Source: Candidatus Saccharimonadota bacterium (GTDB taxonomy: Bacteria; Patescibacteriota; Saccharimonadia; Saccharimonadales; Saccharimonadaceae). From it: 64,000 nucleotides of DNA. Where the stretch lies: positions 65,431-129,430 of the forward strand of contig JAFQYG010000003.1 in the NCBI GenBank assembly GCA_017406565.1, in the 5' to 3' direction. Under the pieces are notes generated by a model that saw only the letters and a list, made by a program, of their open reading frames with translations, was not told the DNA's origin and did not search any database. The position numbers were made by a program, and so were the translations under genes. Below, in pieces: positions 38,603-49,323 of this stretch. Numbering within the stretch: position 1 is the stretch's first letter; each line of letters starts with the position of its first letter.

Positions 38603-39361
38603 ATGATTAAGTTTACTATTATCACTCTGTTCCAAGAGGCTCTGAAGCCTTATTTAGAGTCCTCAATGATGTACAAGGCTGCTCATAAAGGTCTTGTGGA
38701 GTTTAATTTTGTAGACTTACGCGAATTTGGTCTTGGCCCTCACAAATCTGTCGATGATACGCCTTACGGTGGTGGTGATGGGATGTTACTTAGATGCGAA
38801 CCAGTTTTTAATGCTATCGAATCGGTAAAAAAGAAAGATTCTAAGGCCAAAGTCATCCTTCCTACTCCTGTGGGTGATATCTGGAACCAAGATATGGCTA
38901 GAAAGTTTGCGAATGGGCAAGCAGAATCTTTTTCGAGGAGCATATTTTCCGACGTGGAAAATACGGAACGACCGAGCCCCTTAGGCGAGGGTGCGAGGGA
39001 GCGTTCCGAGAAAAACGATTCTTCTTGCCACTATGTAATCCTCTGCCCTCATTATGAGGGGTACGATGAACGTATCTTAAGCATTGTAGACTATAAAGTA
39101 TCCCTGGGTAAATATGTTCTTACTGGCGGCGAATTGCCAGCTCTTATCATCATTGATTCGGTTGTTCGCTTAATACCAGGGGTGCTTGGTGGCGAAAACT
39201 CAGCTGCGATTGAAAGCTTTTCTGATGGAGATAATTTAGAGTATCCTCAGTACACCAAACCATATGATTTTCGCGGCATGACAGTGCCAGACGTGCTACT
39301 CTCTGGTAATCATGGCGAAATCGCTAAATGGCGCAAACAACACTCCGGCAAAGCAAAATAA
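38603..39361 (+). CDS. trmD: tRNA (guanine37-N1)-methyltransferase with in-frame insertion
   Basis: VDDTPYGGGDGM, CPHYEGYDER, SLGKYVLTGGELPA, VPDVLLSGNH motifs; start moved to MIKF. Confidence 0.97.
   Translation: MIKFTIITLFQEALKPYLESSMMYKAAHKGLVEFNFVDLREFGLGPHKSVDDTPYGGGDGMLLRCEPVFNAIESVKKKDSKAKVILPTPVGDIWNQDMARKFANGQAESFSRSIFSDVENTERPSPLGEGARERSEKNDSSCHYVILCPHYEGYDERILSIVDYKVSLGKYVLTGGELPALIIIDSVVRLIPGVLGGENSAAIESFSDGDNLEYPQYTKPYDFRGMTVPDVLLSGNHGEIAKWRKQHSGKAK
38917..39028 (+). repeat. Palindromic in-frame insertion element in trmD (type A, sense)
   Basis: 78-nt core 38933-39010 TCGAGGAGCATATTTTCCGACGTGGAAAAT...GAGCGTTCCGAG; arms GCAAG.AGAATC.TTTT / AAAAA.GATTCT.CTTGC. Confidence 0.92.
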
Positions 39362-39363
39362 AC

Positions 39364-39505
39364 CAGTAAAAGACGGCCTTTCGACCGTCTTTTCGCTGTT
39401 ACGCGCCCACCCTTGGGGCACATTGTTTTGTTTTAATCCGCTGTTTGTTTTTATGAGTCTCCACACTCCACCTTTCAGTGGAACCCCTGTGAAGCGTACC
39501 AGCTT
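39364..39505 (-). ncRNA. Candidate novel structured small RNA (~140 nt)
   Basis: TTGACA (39535-40)-17-TATTAT (39512-17) promoter; 5' GCTGGTACGC pairs with GCGTAACAGC; two GAAA-tetraloop hairpins; A-rich linker; ends in terminator 39368-39393. Confidence 0.65.
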
Positions 39506-39594
39506 ATAAATATAATAAAGCATAAGCGTGGGACTGTCAAGCGATTTCTGGCACAAAATTTGACAAAATTGTAAAAAATGACTTTTCCACAGAA

Positions 39595-39619
39595 AAATCC
39601 CTGGCGAGGCCAGGGATTT
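39595..39619 (-). terminator. Terminator of 39619..40122
   Basis: AAATCCCTGGC-GAG-GCCAGGGATTT. Confidence 0.8.
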
Positions 39620-40122
39620 CAGAATACCCCCTCATTCTGATAATCCGGATGCACGTAGTAATATTTATTCAGATTGAGGTTGTTACCGTTTTGTAAATCC
39701 CAAAGAAGAATTGCCGTACATAGATTAAACTGATCACTGTTTAAAAAATATGTTTCACCAGTATCGGTTTTTATTCTGAATATGTCTCTCGGGAAACGGT
39801 TTGTACGTGGCTCACCGTGGGTAAGCCTTGTCACAGATGTAATATATGATGTAACAACAGGGTCACCGTTGCGATGCCCATGGCATCCATACATTTTACC
39901 ACCTAATTTCATCTTACCACGAAGCTGAATTTCTATCAGATTAGGATGGCTCCAAAAATGATAAAAATCTCTAATCGCTGTTTCGCGGTTATCGATCCCA
40001 TCATCTTCCATAAAAAGTGGCAACCATTCGACTAACTGTCTAGTCTCATCAGCATAAAGTTTATTCGGAATTTTCCAACTCGGACGAGCATGATTTCCGC
40101 CCCTTCCATTCGTAGTTCTCAT
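39619..40122 (-). CDS. Hypothetical solo protein
   Basis: ORF with SD GAAAGGGGGTG, upstream TTGACT/TGCTATAAT promoter and own terminator. Confidence 0.7.
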   Translation of the reverse strand: MRTTNGRGGNHARPSWKIPNKLYADETRQLVEWLPLFMEDDGIDNRETAIRDFYHFWSHPNLIEIQLRGKMKLGGKMYGCHGHRNGDPVVTSYITSVTRLTHGEPRTNRFPRDIFRIKTDTGETYFLNSDQFNLCTAILLWDLQNGNNLNLNKYYYVHPDYQNEGVF

Positions 40123-40232
40123 TTGACTCACCCCCTTTCGTTCCACGTATCGATCTTAAAGTACTTGTCTAGAAGACGCTATATCCTCATATTATAGCAC
40201 AAACTTTATAAAAAGTCAATATTATGCTTTAA

Positions 40233-41726
<1,494 letters not shown>

Positions 41727-41733
41727 TAATAGT

Positions 41734-42801
41734 TTAGTGAATATAGTTGAATCTACCTACCTCGCTAGCAGGGATAGTTGAGAACATCACACCATAACAA
41801 CCAGCGTAGTTACGTTCAGATACATTAATTGAACCATCAGCATTGACTGATTCAACATAACCGACGTGACCATACCAACCAGAGTCGGTTTGGAAAATTG
41901 CACCAGCCGCAGGTGAGTGGTCTACCAATACGCCTGCAGATCTTGCAACATCATCCCAGCGGTTTGCGTTAGCCTTGATAAAGCCTAAATCTGGGCGTTT
42001 TAACCAACCCCACGTAGTACATTGCCCTGCCCCAAGACTTCTGTTACATGATACATTTGTACGAGAAGAAGCATTACCGAGGTAAGTGTAAGTATAATTG
42101 GTATTAGTATAGTAGCGCCTAACTGGTGCTACATATTCTGGACGTTCTGTCTCTGGTAGACTACCGTCTTTAATTACGATTACCATCCCCTCAGATATAC
42201 CTGATACCTCAAGGTCGTTTAAGGCGATAATTTCATTGGCATTAGAACCATATTTTTCTACGATTGAATCAATCGTATCACCAGCTTTAACGGTATAAAC
42301 AATACCAGGTGTGCTTGGAATATTAATAATCGTGCCTGCCGCTACTTCTACGGTTTTTAAACCATTAGACCAACGGATTTGATCAGCTGAAGCACCGTAC
42401 CTAGCAGCGATTATATCAATGTTTTCACCCTCTTTTACTTCGTATTTAATTACACCACGCGAAGCGTCAACATTGGTAATACTTGGTTTTTCTAATTTAC
42501 CAGAGGAAGCAATACCAGAGTTATAGATCGAAGTTGCTGACACATAATTCGAAGCCACATCAGATGCACTAGCGAGCCCCAAAACATCAGATAAGTCAGC
42601 CACCACATATAATTCGGACATTTGGTCCACTGATACATTCGCTGTCTCGTCGGTAGCAAAAGTATCGAGGCTGAGGCTGGTTTCTTGTTTGTGTTTGTCG
42701 AGCGAACCCACAAAAACCAGAGTTAAAACTAAGCCACCGCTCAAAACGTAAGGCAAAATGTGCCCGAATCGCTCCATAAATTTACTTCGTTTTCTTGTCA
42801 T
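41734..42801 (-). CDS. LysM x2 + CHAP domain peptidoglycan hydrolase
   Basis: YEVKEGENI, YTVKAGDTI; GQCTTW, NANRW, YGHVGYVE, ERNY motifs. Confidence 0.9.
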   Translation of the reverse strand: MTRKRSKFMERFGHILPYVLSGGLVLTLVFVGSLDKHKQETSLSLDTFATDETANVSVDQMSELYVVADLSDVLGLASASDVASNYVSATSIYNSGIASSGKLEKPSITNVDASRGVIKYEVKEGENIDIIAARYGASADQIRWSNGLKTVEVAAGTIINIPSTPGIVYTVKAGDTIDSIVEKYGSNANEIIALNDLEVSGISEGMVIVIKDGSLPETERPEYVAPVRRYYTNTNYTYTYLGNASSRTNVSCNRSLGAGQCTTWGWLKRPDLGFIKANANRWDDVARSAGVLVDHSPAAGAIFQTDSGWYGHVGYVESVNADGSINVSERNYAGCYGVMFSTIPASEVGRFNYIH

Positions 42802-44417
42802 AGTGATACATTACAGAGTTGCTGGCAATGGCTGTAAATATTCTGGATATGCTCAGACTCTGTATAACTATAATACATCATACCATCGTCTCCTGTCAAG
42901 AAATATAGATAAGAAGTATCAGATGGCTCCGCTACGGCTAGCAGGGCCGAAAGGCTAGGATTAGAGATGGGACCACAGGGTAAACCACCATTTTGCCGCG
43001 TATTATAGCAAGAATCAATCGTTAGAGCCGATTGATTATCGACATACGTCTGTCTATCAGGATCTACCTTATCGATTGCGTAAGACACCGTTACGTCGCT
43101 TCCAAGGGGTATTCCGTTAGCTAGACGTGTCAAAAATACCTGTGCAACGGTCGGTTGTTCAGAGGCGGCAGCCTCTTTTTGGACTACCGATGCTAGGGTA
43201 ATTCCTTCAAACAGGGATAACCCTCTAGCCTCGTATTTGGTTTTTAGGTCATTTTGAGCAATTACTTCCCCCATTCCTTCTAAATATTTTTCAAATATCT
43301 CTTTTACCGTCACATCGTTGTAGAATTCATGCGTTTCCCCGTATAAATACCCCTCTATAGTGGCTCCTTCTGGCCGGTCTTTCAAAAAGTCAAAATCATA
43401 GTCCGCAATTAGTGCCGCATCAATATCTTCCTCTAAGTAATGTAAATCAACTAACTTCTTTTTTATGTCAAAGATATTCTCCCCTGGTAAAATCGTAAAA
43501 GAAAAAGTGTTCTCATCATCTACCCCTTTGGCTAATCTATCGATAATATCATCTGCTGACATACCTTTGTTTAAGAGGTAATTACCAGATTTTAGATTAA
43601 CATCCGAGCGAAACACCTGCATGTAGGCCTTAAACACAAAAGCATTCTTAATCAAACCATTTTGTTCAAGATTTGTAGCAATAATTGATTTTGATTCACC
43701 GTCGCTTACAGTGAACTTCACTTCTTCACAGGTCCCTTCAGTGCAAATCCCGTCTACAGGGGCAAGCATCGATTTAGCCCAAAAAAATCCGCCAATTCCT
43801 CCTAGTATAATCAAGGCAAAAAGCGGCAAAATCACAAAACCTAAAACCTTTTTTAGTTTAGATTTGGCTTTTTTGGTATTTAATTTCACTTTATCGGCTT
43901 CCTTTTTGGTTAAATTTGTTACATTATCTTTTGCATCAGTTACAGCGGCTTTTACAGTGTCCGCTACCCCAGATGGGGCTGTCTCCTCTAATTCCGTTTC
44001 TTTCATCATATTCCCAACTGTAAAACTCTCAAGGAAATCTTGTAAGATGATTGAGGCGGCTTCAGCATCAATCTCACCTTTTTCATAGTTTCGTTTACGA
44101 GATTTTAATCTTTCTTCCGCCTCAACAGAGGTAAACGATTCATCTTGGAACTTAATTCTCGCCTCTGGAATCTTTTCTATTAAGATTTTAGCGAAATTCC
44201 GCACATACATGGACTGTTTTGTTTCGTTACCCTCATTACTGCGCGGAAGGCCTAGTACGAAGAAGTTAGTATTGTTCATATTTGCGATTCTAGCGATTTT
44301 TTGCCATTCAGAACCGTCTACCGCATAAAACCCGACTGGTATGGCTATTCTAGTACTTGAATCCGCCTTGGCCACGCCAATGCGTTTTTCGCCCACATCT
44401 AATCCAATTACTCGCAT
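42798..44417 (-). CDS. ruvX-mltG: Fusion of RuvX/YqgF nuclease and endolytic transglycosylase MltG
   Basis: N-terminus IGLDVGEKRIGVA, VLGLP, QDESFTS, IDAEAASIILQDFL; then TM; EGYLYGET, LASVVQKE, YNTRQNGGLPCGPISNP, YLYF motifs in one ORF. Confidence 0.9.
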   Translation of the reverse strand: MRVIGLDVGEKRIGVAKADSSTRIAIPVGFYAVDGSEWQKIARIANMNNTNFFVLGLPRSNEGNETKQSMYVRNFAKILIEKIPEARIKFQDESFTSVEAEERLKSRKRNYEKGEIDAEAASIILQDFLESFTVGNMMKETELEETAPSGVADTVKAAVTDAKDNVTNLTKKEADKVKLNTKKAKSKLKKVLGFVILPLFALIILGGIGGFFWAKSMLAPVDGICTEGTCEEVKFTVSDGESKSIIATNLEQNGLIKNAFVFKAYMQVFRSDVNLKSGNYLLNKGMSADDIIDRLAKGVDDENTFSFTILPGENIFDIKKKLVDLHYLEEDIDAALIADYDFDFLKDRPEGATIEGYLYGETHEFYNDVTVKEIFEKYLEGMGEVIAQNDLKTKYEARGLSLFEGITLASVVQKEAAASEQPTVAQVFLTRLANGIPLGSDVTVSYAIDKVDPDRQTYVDNQSALTIDSCYNTRQNGGLPCGPISNPSLSALLAVAEPSDTSYLYFLTGDDGMMYYSYTESEHIQNIYSHCQQLCNVSL

Positions 44418-44442
44418 TATTCTCCTACACTCTATTTGTTAA

Positions 44443-46269
44443 TTACTCTTTTTTATCGCTAGATTCTTCTTTGTTTTCTTCGCTTTTTTCTTCGTCATCG
44501 CCTTCTTCTTGCTGCTCTTCATCTTTTGGCTTGATATCATTACCATCTTGATCTTTAACTTCAAACTTTACTGAAATCTTATTAGTATTGCCTGGAATTG
44601 CCATTACCCAAGGATAAGAAGCGTCAATTCTCACATCTGACACACCGTTAATATCCGAAATCTCACGACGAGCGTCACCAATTCCTTTACCCTTAATCTT
44701 GTCCATCAATTCTTCTGAAGTTAGCCTTGGACCAACAAAGTATTGAGCTTTCAATTTTGTGGTAGCCCCTACGGCGATATGGGTCATATTTTCAATATAG
44801 ATATCTTTGATATCATATACTTTTTGGTTATCTTCGAGTTTTGCTTTATTATCGACGTACTCTTCCAATTTAACTTTATCAATCACATAAACTGTGGAAG
44901 TAGTTTTGACTTCTAGGGATGGCTTAGTCCCCTCTTTAACTTCTTCGTCGACAGCAGGCGTTACTATATCATTAGAAGTTGATTGTTCAAAACTCGATTC
45001 AATAATGTAGTATTTATCACCGCTCTCTTCTTTGATCTTTTCGAAGAGTTTGGTTTTATTTTCCTCTTCTTTCGAAGATTTAATTTGATTTTGAGCGGCA
45101 ATCACATCAGATTGCTGAACCACAGTAATCAAATTATCGGTCCCACCAGCCATTGCTCTATCAGAGTATACGCCGTCTACACGTGCAACTGCAGTCCAGC
45201 CGGTATTAGAAGCAAGTATATTATACTTTTCACCTGCACCGCCAGCAGTGACCTTAACTCGACCAGAGATTAAACAGCCAGAACGAATTAAACTTACAAC
45301 ATTTTCTGCATTATCACATTTGTCGCTACCATTGCCTTTATATGATAATGTAATATTTTCATCGGCGTAGAATGATAAATTGTCATAAGAAAAGGCTGTT
45401 CCTGCATTAATTGGCACATTACCAGGTTCTTCAAAATAAGCGTATACTACTAAGTCGCCAGTTGCCTTCTCTCCGATATTCTTTTTACCTGTCGCTTCAA
45501 ATTCGACTTTTTGAGTTTCCTCGATTTTCTTTTGTTCTAAGAAGAATTTACCCTCCTCAGCATTTTCATCTTCTAACTTATCAACAAAAGTCACATTTTC
45601 GGAGAAATTCTTCTTCTCCGTCTTAATTGAAACCGTAATATCTACAGCCGGAGCAATGAAGATCATCCAAATTAGAAGTCCAACAATACCAAGTGCACAA
45701 ATACCTGCTAAAATCGATAGTTTTTTATGCTCTTTTATCCACTTCTTCAAACCACCAGATTTTTTGGATTTTTTCTTATCTTTCTTCTTTGGTTTCTCTT
45801 CTTCCTCTCCCTCATCTTCGTCATCGTCTTCATCCTCATCGTCTTCATCAGCTTCTTCATCCTCTTCCTCTTCTTCATTTTTTTTCTTCTTCTTTGACTT
45901 TTCTTCTTCCTCTTCTTCGGCTTCAATATCACCATCTTTATCTTCGACTAATTCAGCTTTTTCGGAAGTGTCATCAGAATCTTCTTCGTCTATTTTTGGT
46001 ACTGATGGTGCAGACTGTAAATTCTTAGCTACGGGTAATTTGGTCGCCGCAGCTAGTTTCGTAATAGACGGATCCACAGTTACTAACACTACAGATTTCT
46101 CAGACGATACTCCAGCTTTTGCAATCAACTTAATATTCACCACGCTCCTAAAAACGCCAGCCTTTTTTGGCGGTACGAGCGCCACGATTTTTTCTTTTGA
46201 GTTTTCAATTTTAAGGATGATATCAGTAATGTCATCCTCAGGCTCAATATAAATCACGTCTTTATTCAT
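44443..46269 (-). CDS. Membrane protein with acidic/basic low-complexity tract; baseplate J-like C-terminal region
   Basis: VIYIEPEDDITDII N-terminus; E/D/K tract; TM; KATG.L.VY, V.A...GEKYNI, GG.D motifs typical of proteins annotated baseplate J/gp47-like. Confidence 0.55.
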   Translation of the reverse strand: MNKDVIYIEPEDDITDIILKIENSKEKIVALVPPKKAGVFRSVVNIKLIAKAGVSSEKSVVLVTVDPSITKLAAATKLPVAKNLQSAPSVPKIDEEDSDDTSEKAELVEDKDGDIEAEEEEEEKSKKKKKNEEEEEDEEADEDDEDEDDDEDEGEEEEKPKKKDKKKSKKSGGLKKWIKEHKKLSILAGICALGIVGLLIWMIFIAPAVDITVSIKTEKKNFSENVTFVDKLEDENAEEGKFFLEQKKIEETQKVEFEATGKKNIGEKATGDLVVYAYFEEPGNVPINAGTAFSYDNLSFYADENITLSYKGNGSDKCDNAENVVSLIRSGCLISGRVKVTAGGAGEKYNILASNTGWTAVARVDGVYSDRAMAGGTDNLITVVQQSDVIAAQNQIKSSKEEENKTKLFEKIKEESGDKYYIIESSFEQSTSNDIVTPAVDEEVKEGTKPSLEVKTTSTVYVIDKVKLEEYVDNKAKLEDNQKVYDIKDIYIENMTHIAVGATTKLKAQYFVGPRLTSEELMDKIKGKGIGDARREISDINGVSDVRIDASYPWVMAIPGNTNKISVKFEVKDQDGNDIKPKDEEQQEEGDDEEKSEENKEESSDKKE

Positions 46270-46317
46270 ATATAAATTTTACCACATTTTTTAATGCTTG
46301 TGTTAAAATATATGTAG

Positions 46318-47991
46318 ATGAGCTTATTTAAGTCCAAAAATCAGTCTGGAAAGTCCGCTGGTAATCATGCGGCCTTAGCTGAGATTGCTTTAAATAGTAT
46401 CCACGACGGAGTAGTAATGACCGACGGTAGAGGCACTATTCAGTTTATCAATCCTGCTGCTGTTACTATGACCGAATGCGAAACAGCTGACAAGGCCATC
46501 GGACTAGATTATGGCTTGATTATTCGGATTGAATCCAAAGAAGGACGTGAATTACCCGATAACGAAAACCCGCTCATTCGAGCTATGAAGACCAACCAGC
46601 CACTCGAAAAAGCCCAAGTAGCTTTAATTTGCACAAAATCTAATAAGCGTATCCCAATTGCCATTTCTGTACACTCGGTTGAGGGCTCTACGGATAGTCA
46701 TATTATTACTTTTCGCGATATTGCCCGTGAATTAGAAGAAGAAGGCGAACAGGCTGAGTTTATCTCTACAGCTTCGCATGAAATGCGTACACCAGTAGCC
46801 ACGATCGATGGTTACCTATCTCTAGCACTTAATCCCAAGACATCAACTATTGATGAACGTGCCCGCGGTTATCTCTCTTCAGCACAAGCCGCTTCCAAAC
46901 ACCTCGGTAAATTATTCCAAAATCTGCTCGACATCACCAAACTCGATGATGGCAGGATAAGACCTCATTTTGTGCCGGTTGAAATGATAGAAGAAATCAA
47001 AGTAATCACTGATGATTATATTGAACGTGCCAAAGAGAATAAGATTACTTTCAACTATGGTTCTAGCCAGAAACTTTCTTTCGATAGCAATCGTCGTCTC
47101 GCACAAGTAGTTTATAGTTTTGTCGATCGTGATTTCCTACGCGAAGTAATGGACAATTTGATTGAAAATGCCCTAAAATATACTCCAGAAGGTGGTTCAG
47201 TTTATGTTAACGTTCGTGGTGATGGAGATAGAGTTGTAATCAATGTGACAGACACTGGCATTGGCATATCCGCTGATGACCTTGGCCACATTTTCCAAAA
47301 ATTCTATCGAGCAGATAATTCTGATACTAGAGAAATAGGCGGTACTGGCCTTGGCTTGTACTTAGTCAAACAACGTGTTGAAGCAATGGGTGGTAAAGTT
47401 TGGGCTGAGTCCGCTTTTGGTGATGGTTCAACGTTTTATGTCTCTTTGCCTAGACTTACAGAAGACGAATATAATAAAAGGATGATTGCTGTGCAAAATC
47501 AAGATATGATTGAAGACAAAAAACCTCCAGTCATTCCACCAATCACGGTGGCTCCAGCAGCTGAGCCGGCTGCACCAACAACTCCTACTACACCCACTGA
47601 ACCAGCTGCGCCTGTAGCACCTGTAGAACAGGCTAATCCCACACCTACGCCAACCCCTACACCTGTACCAACAACTCCTCCAGCCCCTGTCGCTCCAACG
47701 GCTTCAGCTACGCCTGCCGCTCCAAAACCAGCGGCTACGACACCTACGCCTGTGAACCCTAGCCCCGCTCCAACGCCAAACGCAACCCCAACTCCAACCC
47801 CAGCCCCTGTCTCTACCACGGCTCAGGCTGTTGCGACCCCACCTGCATCATCAACCGCAAATCCTACCCCTATACCACCACCTCAGCCAAGTGCAGGGCA
47901 AAATACAATCTCTTCCCCTCCACCTGCACCACCAACTACTAACCCAGTACAACAAAATATTAATAATAACGTAAACGGAGAAGCAAAATGA
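46318..47991 (+). CDS. Soluble PAS sensor histidine kinase with Pro/Thr/Ala-rich tail
   Basis: PAS (DGVVMTDGRGTIQFINPAA), ASHEMRTP, NLIENALKYT, DTGIGI, GTGLGL motifs. Confidence 0.93.
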   Translation: MSLFKSKNQSGKSAGNHAALAEIALNSIHDGVVMTDGRGTIQFINPAAVTMTECETADKAIGLDYGLIIRIESKEGRELPDNENPLIRAMKTNQPLEKAQVALICTKSNKRIPIAISVHSVEGSTDSHIITFRDIARELEEEGEQAEFISTASHEMRTPVATIDGYLSLALNPKTSTIDERARGYLSSAQAASKHLGKLFQNLLDITKLDDGRIRPHFVPVEMIEEIKVITDDYIERAKENKITFNYGSSQKLSFDSNRRLAQVVYSFVDRDFLREVMDNLIENALKYTPEGGSVYVNVRGDGDRVVINVTDTGIGISADDLGHIFQKFYRADNSDTREIGGTGLGLYLVKQRVEAMGGKVWAESAFGDGSTFYVSLPRLTEDEYNKRMIAVQNQDMIEDKKPPVIPPITVAPAAEPAAPTTPTTPTEPAAPVAPVEQANPTPTPTPTPVPTTPPAPVAPTASATPAAPKPAATTPTPVNPSPAPTPNATPTPTPAPVSTTAQAVATPPASSTANPTPIPPPQPSAGQNTISSPPPAPPTTNPVQQNINNNVNGEAK

Positions 47992-48545
47992 GTAAAATAA
48001 TGGTAGTCGAAGACGACGCAAACCTACGAGAAATCTACAGTGTCCGCATTACCGCCGAAGGCTACGATGTGGTGCCAGCAGGTGATGGCGAGGAGGCTCT
48101 TGCCATTGCGGTGCGTGAGAAACCAGATTTAATTTTGTCAGACGTTATGATGCCTAAAATCTCCGGCTTTGATATGCTAGATATTTTGCGCTCCACACCA
48201 GAGACCGCCAGCATTAAAGTCGTCATGATGACCGCTCTTTCTGGCGATGATCAACGCCAACGTGGCGAACGCTTAGGCGCCGACCGCTATCTTGTTAAAT
48301 CCCAAGTCGGCATCGAAGATGTAATTAGTACTATCCACGAAGTGCTTGGCGATGCTCCAGCTACTGCTTCTGCGGATGCATCGTCCACCACTTCCTCCGT
48401 CTCCTCAACTTCTACGTCTACACCAACAGAAGCCCCGACAACCCCACCAACTCCAACCACTACAGCATATACCCCACCACCAGTACTTTCAGGTGAACCA
48501 ATCCCCCAGGTAAATAATGGACAATCAGTCGCTCCGGCTCAATAA
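47988..48545 (+). CDS. Response regulator receiver protein with low-complexity tail
   Basis: IMVVEDD, PDLILSDVMMP..SGF, YLVK motifs. Confidence 0.92.
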   Translation: MSKIMVVEDDANLREIYSVRITAEGYDVVPAGDGEEALAIAVREKPDLILSDVMMPKISGFDMLDILRSTPETASIKVVMMTALSGDDQRQRGERLGADRYLVKSQVGIEDVISTIHEVLGDAPATASADASSTTSSVSSTSTSTPTEAPTTPPTPTTTAYTPPPVLSGEPIPQVNNGQSVAPAQ

Positions 48546-49323
48546 ATTTCTTGCCGAACGCCTTGGTGTTTCACGTCGCGAAGCCGACGAGTTAATTAGT
48601 GTCGGAAAAATTACGGTAAATGGTGAAAAAGCTGTTTTGGGTGTTCGTATTGACAAAAAAAGCAAAGTATGCTATAATAACAAGATAGTTCCGTTTGATA
48701 CGGAATTTTCTTATTTTGCATTTAATAAACCGGTTGGATATGTTTGCTCACGGCGCGCTCAAGGTCAAGCTCCTACTATTTACACATTATTACCTGAGAA
48801 ATTCCAAAAACTAAAAACCGTCGGTCGTCTCGATAAAGACAGTTCCGGTCTGATTTTACTTACCAATGACGGTGATTTTGCTTTCCAAATGACGCACCCC
48901 AAATTCCGCAAAACCAAAACCTATCAAGTTGAACTCGATAAGCCATTAGAACCACTCCACCGACAGATGATCTCGGATTTCGGTGTTATGCTTGACGACG
49001 GCCCCAGCCGATTTAAGATAATAAAAGATGTATTCCCCGAAGCTAATAAAACTTCTTTTGAAGGGGATCCGGAGCCTGGCAAGGCGAGGAGTAGCGCCAC
49101 AACCCCTGTGTCGACAGGGGTTGTGGACGCGCCCCGAAAAAGAAGTTTTTTAGCTAAAGCAAAAAATGCATATACGGTTATATTGACCGAAGGCCGTAAT
49201 CGTCAAATTCGCCGAACTTTTGCTGCACTTGGTTATAAAGTCACCAAGCTTCATCGTATCAGCTTCGGAAAATACGAATTAAACGATTTAAAGCCCGGTA
49301 AATATGTTATAATTGAACCATGA
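48517..49323 (+). CDS. RsuA/RluB-family rRNA pseudouridine synthase with in-frame insertion
   Basis: S4 domain (RLNKFLAE.LGVSRREAD), VGRLDKDSSGLILLTNDG, EGRNRQIRR motifs. Confidence 0.93.
   Translation: MDNQSLRLNKFLAERLGVSRREADELISVGKITVNGEKAVLGVRIDKKSKVCYNNKIVPFDTEFSYFAFNKPVGYVCSRRAQGQAPTIYTLLPEKFQKLKTVGRLDKDSSGLILLTNDGDFAFQMTHPKFRKTKTYQVELDKPLEPLHRQMISDFGVMLDDGPSRFKIIKDVFPEANKTSFEGDPEPGKARSSATTPVSTGVVDAPRKRSFLAKAKNAYTVILTEGRNRQIRRTFAALGYKVTKLHRISFGKYELNDLKPGKYVIIEP
49041..49155 (+). repeat. Palindromic in-frame insertion element in the pseudouridine synthase (type B, sense)
   Basis: 81-nt core 49058-49138, nearly identical to the obgE element 1 core; hairpin CCACAACCCCTGT-GTCG-ACAGGGGTTGTGG; arms AGCTAA.AAAACTTCTTTT / AAAAGAAGTTTTTTAGCT. 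Confidence 0.92.

Noticed and set aside
39296-39556. ORF-track 86-aa and 65-aa ORFs over the trmD downstream region
   Set aside because: They span terminator and promoter elements and lack start signals; the region is better explained as an ncRNA.
45780-45990. GAA/GAT-rich low-complexity tract as a repeat element
   Set aside because: It simply encodes the acidic/basic linker of the 608-aa protein.
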